Source of the DNA: Mobula hypostoma
Lineage: Eukaryota
Direction: 5' to 3'
Assembly: GCF_963921235.1 (NCBI RefSeq)
Contig: NC_086097.1
Coordinates: 16,864,001 to 16,928,000 of the forward strand
Length of the DNA: 64,000 nucleotides
Below the pieces are notes generated by a model, which had not been told where the DNA came from, ran no database searches, and saw only the letters and a program-made list of their open reading frames with translations. Below, in pieces: positions 23,706 to 36,320 of this stretch; positions within the stretch are counted from its first letter, which is position 1; the number at the start of each line of letters is the position of its first letter. Position numbers and translations under genes: made by a program.

Positions 23706-26700
23706 TGAGTATGTGTTCTCCTGGGCATCTTGTTTCTCTGGATGTCATTTCCATTGTCCCAAGGTATGTTTTCAAGTCCTCATTTATAGGGTGATCTTTC
23801 TCCATGCATTATGCCCACAATTGTCAAACTAGTCTGTATAATCATTGTTAATTGCTTCCATCCTCTGCATTTGCTTATAATGTGAACCATAGATCCAGTA
23901 TACTGGGACCGTATTAACTGCTCTTTGTTTCCTTCAATTCCGCTGTTATATTTTTAGAAGTTCTTCACACTAAGTTCTAAATCCTATCCTTATTGCAATC
24001 CTCCAATGAAGGAAAAGGACGGACCGAGATGGAGGACCTTCATTGCTGCCCTAAATGACCCTGGTGTAATGGGCAATAACAATGAATGAAACTTTAAATG
24101 TCCATAGAATCAAAGAAGTCTGAAGTTGAGAAAGAGATCATTATGTCTAGGCTAGTTAAAACATAATCCCATTTCCCACATGTTAGTCTGTATCCTTCCC
24201 AGGTTTTGGTTGCTTAGGTGAATAACTTCACATAGCTTTCATTCTTTATACACTTTCTTGCTCTTCAGCATTCTCATGGTTTTATTTTCCATTGAATCTA
24301 ACGTACAGTACCTGTAGAATTGTGCTTGGTTTGATAGCTTAGCCTAGAGTCCAAGTTGACAATGCTGTTTGTTCAGGTTCAAGTTTAAATGCCATTCAAT
24401 CGTACATGAATGGCCATGAATACAGCTAAATGAAACAGCATTACTCCGGCCCCAAGGTGCAAGACACAGAACCAACATTCACACACTGCACAAGGTACAT
24501 ATGAGATATCAGTAAAATGCAGTCACACAAAAAATGTAGTCCTAAACCCCATGAGTCCATGAATGTTGCGGCTGTCTGTAGCTGAACACAATGCAGCTTG
24601 TTTTCGGCTGAGCAAACACTAGGGAGCAGCACCGACTCCAACTTGGACACTGCACCACTCTGCCTCTGATGGAGCGCTCTGACTCTGACATCTCTGTCCT
24701 GGGCAGCTGTAAACAGGCGATACCACGGATTGAGGCCTAGTCATTGCTATGACCGCAGCCACTCAGCTCCCCTGCCGTCTGTCAATAAATCGGGGAATCA
24801 GACTTGCAGCATTCCACATTAACAATGTACAACAGGGTCTTGCAGTCACAAGAAAAGCCACTGAGCTGATCACCCAGTGTCAGACTACGCACTGCTTTCA
24901 CGCATTGACTAGCATTAATGTAGGCACCATGTGACATATGGTCTCCTTGTGTGTTGACATTTTTCTAATTCCATGAAAGGTACCGAGACATTGGGAAGGT
25001 TGACAAAGGCTGAGGAATGGATTTTAAATTATTCAGCTGTGAAAAAAAGCGAGACTGATCTGTCTCATAAAGGAGACTAGCCCATCTCATTTGGGAAAAG
25101 AAAGAGGCAGAAAAGGAGTTCAAGTTTTTTAAGCTCACAACGGAACATGGAGAAATTTTGAACTGGAGACTCAAATGCAACTTTCAGGCCAAATGGAATT
25201 TCAACTACTTCTCACTTAGCAATTACATAACTAAACAGACTGCCCAGAATAACAGTTTATTCCATTACCAGTAGGCCATACATTTGGAGACGGGGCAGAA
25301 GGGAAATTCAGATAGTTTGAATGGGTCTTTTACTTGGGCTGAGTGGTCGATTTGTGCGTACCCCATAGTGTCACACACAAGGCCACACAAATTAATAACT
25401 TACAATCTGAAAACACACTTTCTTTTATTATTTACATGTACAGGTCACTGTTTTAAATGTAATGCTTCCTGTGGAACAAGGGTTAGATAGGGGTTTACCA
25501 CCTGGGACACACATCCCCATCAAGCTTAATAGACCAATTAACTTATTTGTCCATAAAGCATTCCGAGACAGTTAGTACAAGTTTAAAGAAAAAATTTCCC
25601 AGAAGTCCAAAATTATAATTTTAAAACGAGACATTTGTCCGAATTCTTAAATTGTTACATTATGATGCTATTAACAACACAAAGGACTTGCCAGCTATTG
25701 CTAACAAGTTAAATAAAGACATGTGTGTTACAGGGTTCAGTAAATGAACCTTCATTGTTGAACATAAAATAGCGGCTCCATTTGGTTTTAATCCTTCTGA
25801 GAGGATATGTTGCAATACCTACTCATGGTTCAGATAAAAATCACAAGTGTGCTCCCAACTTATATATGGCTTTGTCCCTCCAGTTTCCTCTGCTTTTCCA
25901 ACTGATATTGGATTTTACTTCAGTAGGCCTATATACTCTCGGCACTCCATCTTTCACCGAGCAAAATTTGCTATCTTCTCATCTGTAAGGTCCAGAGTCA
26001 TATTATACCAGGCCATGCATCCACCTGCAAAGCCACAGCAGTGTATCCTCAATCAGAGATGTGATCTTGGGTCATTTACTTGCTGCTTCTTGGAATGATG
26101 GTTTTCCATTTCCTGATCCAATAAGTACCAAGGGTGGAGATACAAAGGAAACCCAGCTCGCTGAGAAATTGAGGGTAATGTGGAGAAATAACGCAGATCG
26201 CAGTGAAACATGAAGAGGTCCTCAAGAATGCCCATGTTCTTTGTATTCGTACATTCACCACTGTGTAGGTTCCAGAGGAAGAAATTATGTGTTACACATG
26301 CTCTGCCATTTGGAAAGTAAAACAAAAGATTGAAACGTTAACCTTTCCACTCAGAAATTCAGTTCTGATGCCAGCACAGGCAGCACGACTTTCCCCTCTA
26401 AGATGGTTCAGTAAAAGCACTAACCGTGGGCAGTCTCAACTGAAGTCCCAGTGGAGACAGGGAATGTGAAATTGGCACCAAACTGGTCCTTGATTAAGCA
26501 TTATTTCAATCCTACAAACAGTTCTAATTGTGTCCTGCTCATTTGCTGTCATTTGGCTGAAGGGGATCCTCTATCAACCATAATGGATGAGCGTCTGGTG
26601 CGTCCTGCCAAAATGATGATTGAGGGAGTAACTCCGGCACAAGGTCAAGTTTCAAGTATGTCAGTCTTCCAGCCTAACCTTGATTTGACAAAGTGGTGCA

Positions 26701-27799
26701 TGCCAAATCCATTGTTGTTATTTAATCCCACCCCTGAGATTGTGGTCTTACCCCAGGGCTTTTGATGTATGTTCATTTTATTTTTTGCAATATTGCTTAG
26801 CAGGGAATAAACATTGAGTTAATTCAGGATAGTAAGTCAAAAGTATAGAAATAACAGTTACTAGGGAGGGGAGTGGTTTAAACTAAACAGCTGAACAAGC
26901 CGTGGGCAGGAGGAGATTTTTGTGATATGCGGCGTATTTTAATGGTCTTAAACTCTGGAGGAAGCAGATTTAGTACTTGCTTTCAAAAGGAAGTCAAGTA
27001 AAGGACTTGCTGAATTTCTTTGGTACATTTCAGAGGGCTTTATTTAAAATTTTTGTTAGTGTTCAGAAAACTTGCGTAATTTTTATTATTAAAAAGTCTT
27101 AAGGATGCATCAACTTTAGGTCTCAATAAGTCCAACTAAGTTAAAATCACAAAGTCACAGGCCAATGTGATGTGTCTGTGCTCTGAATCTGTAAATGATA
27201 CAGTGAAGTATTCCACGATTTGAAATGTTGTTATCCTGATACCTTACCCTTATCAGAATATGGAGACACAATTGTGCCACTTGTTAGACACAGCAATGAA
27301 ATCTAGACTTAACTCTGCATTTGTTAAGGACAAGTGGAGTGAGCCTACTTTTCAATTTGGTAGGAAATAATTTCACTTTGAAAGTAATTCCATTGCCTCT
27401 GACTGGAGGCATGTGTCACAGGGATCGGTGCTAGGTCCATTGTTGTTTATTATCTGTATTAATCATTTAGATGATAATGTCATAAACTACTTTGACAAAT
27501 TTGTGATGACATCAAGATAGGAGGTGTAGTGGACAGTGAGGAAGACTATCAAAGTTTGCAGCAGGATCTGGCCCTACTGGAAAAATGGGCTGAAAAATGG
27601 CAGATGGAATTTACTGCAGACAAGTGTGAGGTGTAGAACTTTGTGAGGACAAGCCAGGGTAAACCTTACACAGTGAATGTTAACAACAGGAATTCTGCAG
27701 ATGCTGGAGATTCAAGCAACACACATCAAAGTTGCTGGTGAACGCAGCAGGCCAGGCAGCATCTATAGGAAGAGGCGCAGTCGTGCAGCATCTATAGGA

Positions 27800-29238
27800 A
27801 TGTTCGTGACACTTCTCACGCTCTTAAACTTTTCGATGATTTTAAGTTCCCTGGCCCCCACCGCTTTATTTTCACCATGGATGTCTAGTCCCTATATACT
27901 TCCATCCCCCATCAGGAAGGTCTCAAAGCTCTACGCTTCTTTTTGGATTCCTGACCTAATCAGTTCCCCTCTACCACCACTCTGCTCCGTCCAGCAGAAT
28001 TAGTCCTTACTCTTAATAATTTCTCCTTTTGCTCCTCCCATTTCCTCCAAACTAAAGGTGTAGCTATGGGCACCCGTATGGGTCCTAGCTATGCCTGCCT
28101 TTTTGTTGGGTTTGTGGAACAATCTATGTTCCGTGCCTATTCTGGTATCTGTCCCCCACTTTTCCTTCGCTACATCGACGACTGCATTGGCGCTGCTTCC
28201 TGCACGCATGCAGAACTCGTTGACTTTATTAACTTTGCCTCCAACTTTCACCCTGCCCTCAAGTTTACCTAGTCCATTTCCGACACCTCCCTCCCCTTTC
28301 TAGATCTTTCTGTCTCTGTCTCTGGAGACAGCTTATCCACTGATGTCTACTATAAGCCTACTGACTCTCACAGCTATCTGGACTATTCCTCTTCTCACCC
28401 TGTCTCTTGCAAAAACGCCATCCCCTTCTCGCAATTCCTCCGTCTCCGCCGCATCTGCTCTCAGGATGAGGCTTTTCATTCTAGGACGAGGGAGATGTCT
28501 TCATTTTTTAAAGAAAGGGGCTTCCCTTCCTCCACTATCAACTCTGCTCTTAAATGCATCTCCCCCATTTCACGTACATCTGCTCTCACTCCATCCTCCC
28601 ACCACCCCACTAGGAATAGGGTTCCCCTGGTCCTCACCTACCACCCCACCAGCCTCCGGGTCCAACATATTATTCTCCGTAACTTCTACCACCTCCAACG
28701 GGATCCCACCACTAAGCACATCTTTCCCTCCCCCCCTCTCTCTGCATTCCGCAGGGATCGCTCCCTACACAACTCCCTTGTCCATTCGTCCCCCCCATCC
28801 CTCCCCACTGATCTCCCTCCTGGCACTTATCCGTGTAAGCGGAACAAGTGCTACACATGCCCTTACACTTCCTCCCTTACCACCATTCAGGGCCCCAAAC
28901 AGTCCTTCCAGGTGAGGCATCACTTCACCTGTGAGTCGACTGGGGTGATATACTGCGTCCGGTGCTCCCGATGTGGCCTTTTATATATTGGTGAGACCCG
29001 ACGCAGACTGGGAGACCGCTTTGCTGAACATCTACGCTCTGTCCGCCAGAGAAAGCAGGATCTCCCAGTGGCCACACATTTTAATTCCACATCCCATTCC
29101 CATTCTGACATGTCTATCCACGGCCTCCTCTACTGTAAAGATGAAGCCACACTCAGGTTGGAGGAACAACACCTTATATTCCGTATGGGTAGCCTCCAAC
29201 CTGATGGCATGAACATTGACTTCTCTAACTTCCGCTAG
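27800..29238 (+). pseudogene. PLE RT/GIY-YIG coding remnant with in-frame stops
   Basis: In-frame RYIDD (YIDD codons 28171-28182); stops at 27886-27888, 27952-27954 and 28270-28272; intact GIY-YIG in ORF 28495..29238. Confidence 0.9.
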
Positions 29239-29530
29239 GCCCCACCTCCCCCTCGTACCCCATCTGTTACTCTTTTTTATGCACACATTCTTTCTCTCAC
29301 TCTCCTTTTTCTCCCTCTGTCCCTCTGAATATACCTCTTGCCCATCCTCTGGGTCACCCCCCCCCCGTCTTTCTTCCCGGACCTCCTGTCCCATGATCCT
29401 CTCGTATCCCCTTTTGCCTATCACCTGTCCAGCTCTCGGCTCTATCCCTCCCCCTCCTGTCTTCTCCTATCATTTTGCATCTCCCCCTCCCCCTCCAGCT
29501 TTCAAATCCCTTACTCACTCTTCCTTCAGT

Positions 29531-29568
29531 TAGTCCTGACGAAGGGTCTCGGCCTGAAACGTCGACTG
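29531..29568 (+). ncRNA. Minimal type I hammerhead ribozyme
   Basis: tagtc ctgacga agggtctcggcct gaaac gtc gactg; predicted cut after 29563. Confidence 0.85.
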
Positions 29569-29844
29569 CACCTCTTCCTATAGATGCTGCCTGGCCTGCT
29601 GCGTTCACCAGCAACTTTGATGTGTGTTACAGTGAATGTTAGTTCTCTGATGTGTGCAGTTGAACAATGTGATCTGGGAATACATATCCATAATTTCTTG
29701 GAAGTGGCATTCACATGTAGATTGGGCTGTAAAGAGAGCTTTTAGAACATTGGCCTTCGTAGATTATGTCAGTGAGTACAGGAATTGGGATGTTACGTTG
29801 AAGTTGTACAAGATGTTGGTAAGACTGAACTTAGAGTATTGTGT

Positions 29845-30476
29845 CAACACACACAAAAACTGCTGGTGAACGCAGCATCTATAGGAAGAGGTACAGTCGA
29901 CGTTTCGGGCCGGGACCCTTCGTCAGGACTGACAGTAAGAAGAGATAGTAGGTGATGAATATTGGCATGAATATTGACTTCTCTAACTTCCTTTAATGCC
30001 TCTCCTCCCCTACACACCCCATCCCTTATTTATTTATTTTATATATTTTTCATATATTTTTAATTTTTCCCCCCTTTTTCTCTCTCTCTCTCTCTTTTAC
30101 CTCCCTCTGTCCCTCTCACTATAACTCCTTGCCTGCTCTCCACCCTCTGGGCTCCCCTCTCCCCTTCTCTTTCTCCCCAGGTTTCGCGTCCCATGATCCT
30201 CTCCCTTCTCCAGCCTCATATCCCTTTTGCCAATCAACTGTCCAGCTCTTGGTTCCATCCCTCCCCTCCTGTCTTCTCCTATCATTTTGGATCTCCCCCT
30301 CCTCCTCCCACTTTCAAATCTCTTACTATCTTTTCTTTCAGTTAGTCCTGACGAAGGGTCCTGGCCCGAAACATCGCCTGTACCTATTCCTATAGATGCT
30401 GCCTGGTCTGCTGCGTTCACCAGCATTTTTTGTGTGTATTCCTTGAACTTACAGCATCTGCAGATTTCCTCGTGTC
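29845..30476. mobile_element. Inverted PLE-end element (related subfamily)
   Basis: 12-bp TSD AGAGTATTGTGT at 29833-29844 and 30477-30488; hammerhead motifs at 29894-29931 (minus) and 30343-30380 (plus, mutated). Confidence 0.9.
29894..29931 (-). ncRNA. Minimal type I hammerhead ribozyme
   Basis: Perfect stem I CAGUC:GACUG, stem II GGGU-CCCG-GCCC, intact core. Confidence 0.8.
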
Positions 30477-33400
30477 AGAGTATTGTGTGCAGTTTTTGTC
30501 ACACACACCAGGAAAGATATCAATAAGCTTGCAAGAATGCAGAAAAAATGACAAGGATGTTGCCAGGACTTCAGGACATGGGATATAGTGGATTGCTGAA
30601 TAGATTAGGAGTTTATTCCCTGGAGTGTAGGACAATGAGGGGAGATTTGATAGAGGTATACACAATTATGAGGGACATAGGCAGCCTAAAGACAAGCAGG
30701 CTGAGTTTGGATGGGATTAGGACTAGAGATCATAGGTTAAGCGTGAAGGGTGAAATATTCCAGGGGAACCTGAGAAGAAACTTCTTAATTCAGAGGATAG
30801 TGAGAGTGTGGAGCAAGCTACCAGCAGAAGTGGTAAATGTGTGCTCAATTATAACACTGAGGAGAATTTTGAACAGATACATTGGATGGGAGGGGTTTAG
30901 TCAGATATAGTCTGGAAGTAGGTAGATGGGATTAAGCAGAAGAGCAGGTCAGCACTGACTAGATGGGCCAAAGGGCCTGTTTCTGAGTTGCAGTACTCTA
31001 TGATTCTGTAAGTCATAATGTCTTATTTACTGAGGTTGCAGGCTATTTAATTGGATGCTAGAGATGGATTTGCCAAATTTCCACTTGGTTGCACAGCTTC
31101 TGCAGGGAAATACCTGAGAAAGAGAAACTTTGAGAAAGTCCTCATGCAATTGTGTCTTTTTCACTCTGTTTTCACTTGGGCTTTCTTCTTTTGTTATAGC
31201 ACCACGCACCATGCTTCCTTTTCACTGTCAGGGTCCCACAGTCCAGTGATCTGTGTACACATTTGAATGCTATGTACAGGGCCGTCCAAGCAAGATGTAA
31301 GTTGTTTCCATTCGTTGTCAGCACAACTTAATTGTGTAAAAAAGGATTTTTAGGGGTAGGCCTTCTGGAGTATTACATACATCTCTGGTCACCCCATTAT
31401 GGATCATAAGGCCATACAACATAGGAGCAGAAGTAGACCATTTGGCCCATCGGGTCTCCTCCATCGTTCAATAATGGCTGGTCCTTTCTCCCCCTCCTTA
31501 GCCCCACTCCCTGGCCTTCACACCTTAACGTTTGATGCCTGTCCAATCAAAAACATATCAATCTCTGCCTTAAATGCACCCAACGACCTCAACCCCTCAG
31601 CTGCCAGTGGTAATAAATTCCACAAATTCACCACCCTCTGGCTATAGGGAAGACACTGAGGCTTCGGAGAGGGTGCAGAGGAGGTTTATCAGGACGCTGC
31701 CTGGTTCAGAGGGCAGGTGCTGTAATGAGAGGTTCGATTCACTTCGGTGGTTTTCTCCGTAGTGCCGAAGGAAGAGGGGAGATCTGATAGGCACAGATGG
31801 AGTGGACAGAGAGTATCTGATTCTCAGGGTGAAATGTCTATTACCAGAGGGCACACATCGAAGGTGAGGGGGGTAGGATCAAAGGGCAGGTGAAGTTCTG
31901 TAGATGATGTACACACCATCTATAGAGGCACTGGAACCATTGGACAAGTCCTGTAGGTGATGTCCATGCCCCCTACAGAGGAATTAGGACCGATGGACAA
32001 GTGATTTTACTCAGAGAGTTGTGGATGCCTGGAATGCACTGCCTGGTATGATGGTAGAGGCAAATACATTAGAGGCTTTTAAAGAATATTTAGATTAGCA
32101 CTGAGATGTGAGGAAGATGAAGGGATAAAAGTTTGGGTATTTTTGATGTGGGACAAAGGGCCTGTTCCCGTGCTGTACTGTTCAATGCTCTGGGTCTTGT
32201 TTTTGATTTTCTTAAGCTTAAACTGAAAGATTCGCTTCCTTAAGTATATGACTGAAGAGGGATCATGCACAAGGCACTGGGTAAGAATGTAGAACTCTTT
32301 TAAAGAGCTTGGCATGACTGGCAGATATTGGAGTTCAATGACTATTACGATAGAGAATCCCATTCAACCAGTGTACCAAATTGCCTTCTATAAAAGCCAC
32401 AATAAAGAAAGAGAGTTCAAGTTTACTGGCTTTCTGAACCAGGCATCATCTGTTTTTCATGATTATTCTCTTTTTAGCTAGTCTCTCACCACCATCATTT
32501 GCAATTTCCCCCCACCAATGCTGGCAGGCAGTTCTATAATGCTTGTCTTTGGGCCTTCAGCACCTCTTCAATGTAAATATTAGCCATTCATTCAACACTG
32601 AATAATCTCTACAAGTCCTGGCATCATCTTCAATAACTATTCCAATCAGTCTCTATTTGCAATAGCCCTTTGCTGCTAAACCAATCGCTCCCTGGAAACA
32701 AAAGCCAGACCTACACTGCAGGCTTCCTGTAAATACGGGGGAGAGGGAGAGCCTCCAGAACCTAAACACCAAAGTTTGCTGCTGATCATAATATGCAGGG
32801 CATTGTTGCTCTGTTTCCTAACGATGAGCTAAATTCAAGATTCCAGATTCTTTATTATCATTCTTCTGTATGCGACTGTAAAGGAAAACAAAATAGTTAT
32901 TACTCCAAAGTTCAAAGTAAGTTTATTATCATAGTACATATATGTCACCGTTTACTACCCTGGGATTCATTTTCTTCTGGGCATTTACAGTAGATACAAA
33001 AGCACAATCAAATCAATGGAAAACTACACACAAAAACAAGCAACCAATGTGCAAAAGGTATCAAGATGTGCGAATACAAAATGAAAAAATTGTAAGTAAT
33101 CAATAATATTGAGAACACAAGTTGCAGAGTCTTTGAAAGTGAGCCCATATTTTGTGGAAGTAGTTTAGTGTCGGGTTGAGTTATCCACTCAGGTTCTGGA
33201 TCTGATGCAGCATAAGAAAACACAAAAAGAACACAATAAAACGTTTAAAAAATTATAAAAGTGATCCTAAAAAATAGAGCGCTGATGCTCATTCATCCAG
33301 TTCCTACTCTTTTTAGATCCTGCAGTGAAATTAACAGCATTCTATTAGCATGTTAAAGACACACAATAGACAGTTTATAAAAGCTCTTCATAAATAATCT

Positions 33401-33639
33401 TTCTTGTATTGATCTACTACAATGTCAAGTCAAGTTTATTGTCATGTGCTCAGCTATGATGATATCCAGATGCAAAGAAAGACTTGCTTGCAGCAGTATT
33501 ACAGGAACATGGATTGAAATGACAGACCACAGGCTATATCTCAATTATAAAAGGCAATGAAGTATAAAATGACCGTGCAAAGCAAGACCTTACAACAAAA
33601 TAAAACATAATCAGAGACAAGGCCATGGTAGTGTGAGAG

Positions 33640-34060
33640 GTGGTGCACGTCTTCCACCACTGATCCCTTGATAAGAACTGCTGTGTGTTCTCCTGATTTC
33701 TCCTTTCTGACATTGTATGGGTGCTGTTGAATCGTGAACCAGGAGTTTGTCTCTCTGTAGTGCTGAAAGGAGGGGCGGAGAAGATATGCCTGGTGGTAGT
33801 ATCACACTCAAAGGGTTAAAAAATCTTGGGGTATTATTTGCTACATATGGAGGTTGGGAGGATGGAATGAGGGGACAAGATGACTCCTGCCCTTGTTCTG
33901 GATGGAAGGAAAGGGCGGGGATGTTGGAATAGCACCACAAGTACTGTTGACTTTGGTGGACGAGAGACAACAGTTAAGGATAAAGCAGGACACATCAGAG
34001 GGTCTGGTTTGGAAGGATCAGAGCCTAAAGGACAGAGATGAGGAAATTGGGAGAACAGCA
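33640..34060 (-). mobile_element. Old PLE coding fragment
   Basis: 'SSPPLLSALQRDKLL' resembles PLE 'FPSPPLSAFRRDRSL'; the nucleotide sequence also resembles 20000-20340. Confidence 0.55.
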
Positions 34061-34321
34061 TCAAAGTGCCAATTTTTCACATTTTCCATTCTGAATGCTG
34101 ATGAGAATGCGGAATTGAAAGCAGTTTGTTTTTCCCTCTATTCATTCCTCTTGGTCATCGATTGGGGGTCATTTGATCTCTATTCAACTTAAATGCTCCT
34201 TATTTACAGAGCACGTTGATGTTGTCTCTCTCTGCCCTTCTATACGTTCACCTTTCCTGCACTACACCACGGGGCATTGTGATATCATCGTACTTCCTGA
34301 GATTCCATCCTGAGTTAAAGA

Positions 34322-34450
34322 GGCATGGTAGCGGAGTGGTTAGTACAATTGCTTCACAGTGCCAGTGATCTCTGATCAGGGTTCGATTCCCGCTGCTGTC
34401 TGTATGGAGGTTGAGTTTTCTCCCCGTGACCGTGCGGGTTTCCTCCCATG
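34322..34450 (+). mobile_element. tRNA-derived V-type SINE head
   Basis: GGCATGGTAGCGGAGTGG (A box), GGTTCGATTCC (B box), followed by 'tttctccccgtgaccgtgcgggtttcctcc'. Confidence 0.7.
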
Positions 34451-35189
34451 TGACGAAGAGAGACTTACTGTAGTGATCAATAAACCAATTGTTTGGATTC
34501 AAATGACCTTGCCCGGTGTCACTCGAGCGACCACCATCCTTAGCACTCCTTCTCTGCCACCTGTCCCACACCCTGGCCACTGTGCATAGCACTGTAATTT
34601 AGAGTAATATTTAAGTCTTGCACTGTACTGCTGCAGCAAAACAATAATTTACAATGTTTGTCAGTGATATTAACATTATTTTGAGTCCAATTCTGATACA
34701 AGATGATAAATTGGAAAAGTTATTTTCAGTACCAGTATTATATTTTAAACAGCATAAACAATGAGTGAGATAGGTAATATTGTTCAGCAGTTATTGTCGG
34801 TCTGGGGAATATATAACAAACTGGAAGGACAGCATCCACAGATGCTAAAAACCAGTAAACTGCTGGAGGAACCCAGTGGGCTGAGCAGTATCTATGGGGG
34901 TAGAGCGGGGTGGGGGTGGGGGAAGGAATTATCCCTTACAGATGCTGGCTAACCAGCTGAGTTGCTCCAACAGATTGCTCTTTGCTCCATATTCCAGCGT
35001 AAGTATTCTCCTTTGTCTCCACGAGAGCTGATTTGTCACTTTCAATGTGTATCGCCACATCCAAACATTAAACAGCTTCAGTCCAAGTAAATTAATAAAA
35101 GCCAGTAAAAGCTGGAACATCTGGACAGCAAAGATGCATACATCAGGATGCTCTTTATTGACTACAGCATCCCTCAACACTAATCAATA

Positions 35190-36320
35190 ACTTCTTGGCC
35201 AGAATACCTCACTGCGCAATTGGAACCTTGACTTCCTCACATGCAGACTCCAGTCGGTTTGGATGGACAACAATGTCTCCTCCATGATCTCCATCAGCAT
35301 AGGTGCATCACAAGACTGTGTGGATAAGCACTGCTCCATTGCCATATTCAAGCTTGCTGATGCCATCACTGTCATAGGCTGAATCAAAGGTGGTAATGAA
35401 TCACCATACAGGAGGGAAATTGAAAACCTGGCTGAGTGGTGCCTTAACAATAACCCCTACTCAATGTCAACAAGATCAAGGAGCTGATCATAGACTTCAG
35501 GAGGGGGAATCCAGAGGTCCATGAGCCAGTCCTGATCGGAAAGATCAGAGGTGGAATGGGTCAACAACTTTAAATTCCTCAGTGTTATCATTTTGGGGTG
35601 TCTGTCCTGGGCCCAGCACATGTGCAATTGCAAAGAAAGCACGATAGTGCCTCTACTTCCTTGGGAGTTTGCAAAGATTTGGCTTGACATCTAAAACTTT
35701 GACTAACTTCTATAGATGTGTGGTGGAGAGTATATTGACTGGCTGCATCACAGCCTGGTATAGAGACACCAATGCCCTTGAATGGAAAATCCGACAAAAA
35801 AATAATGGAAATGGCTCAGTCTAGCACAGTAAAGTCCTTTCCATTATTAAGCAGATCTACATGGAGTATTGTCACAGGAAAAGCAGCGTCCATAATCAGC
35901 AACTTTCACCAGACAGCCCATGCTGTTTTCTCAATACTGCCACCAGGAAGAAGGTACAGGAGCCTCAGGACTCACACCACTAGGTCCAAGAACAGTTGTT
36001 ACCCCTCAACCATCAGGCTCTGGTATCAAAGGGAATAAATTCACTCAATTTCAGTTGCTGCATCACTGACTGTTCCCACAATTTATGAACTTACTTTGAA
36101 GGACTCTCCATCTCACCTTCTTGATATTTATTGTTTATTTATTATTATTATTTCTTTCTTTTTGTATTTGTAGTTTGTTGTCTTTTGCACAGCGGTCGAA
36201 TACCCATGGTCTTTCATTTATTCTATTATGGATTTATTGAGTATGCCCACAAGAAAATGAATCTCAGGGTTGTATAAGGTGACATATATGCACTTTGATA
36301 ATAAATTTACTTTGAATTTT
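35190..36320 (+). mobile_element. Rex1/Babar-like RT 3' fragment
   Basis: 'ttcaagcttgctgatg' (K.AD.), 'LPPGRRYRSLRTHTTRSKNSCYP' and an AT-rich 3' UTR. Confidence 0.75.

Larger units (their letters stand above)
27683..29628 (+). mobile_element. 5'-truncated PLE copy with an inverted 5' pLTR arm (27683-27783)
   Basis: 13-bp TSD ACAGTGAATGTTA at 27670-27682 and 29629-29641; body nearly identical to 19142-20965. Confidence 0.95.
27395..31010 (+). mobile_element. Decayed CR1 split by two PLE insertions (27683-29628 and 29845-30476)
   Basis: RT segment 'cagggatcggtgctaggtccattg' upstream; 'KLYKMLVRLNLEYCV' in the middle; 'MRGDLIEVYTIM' downstream. Confidence 0.85.
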
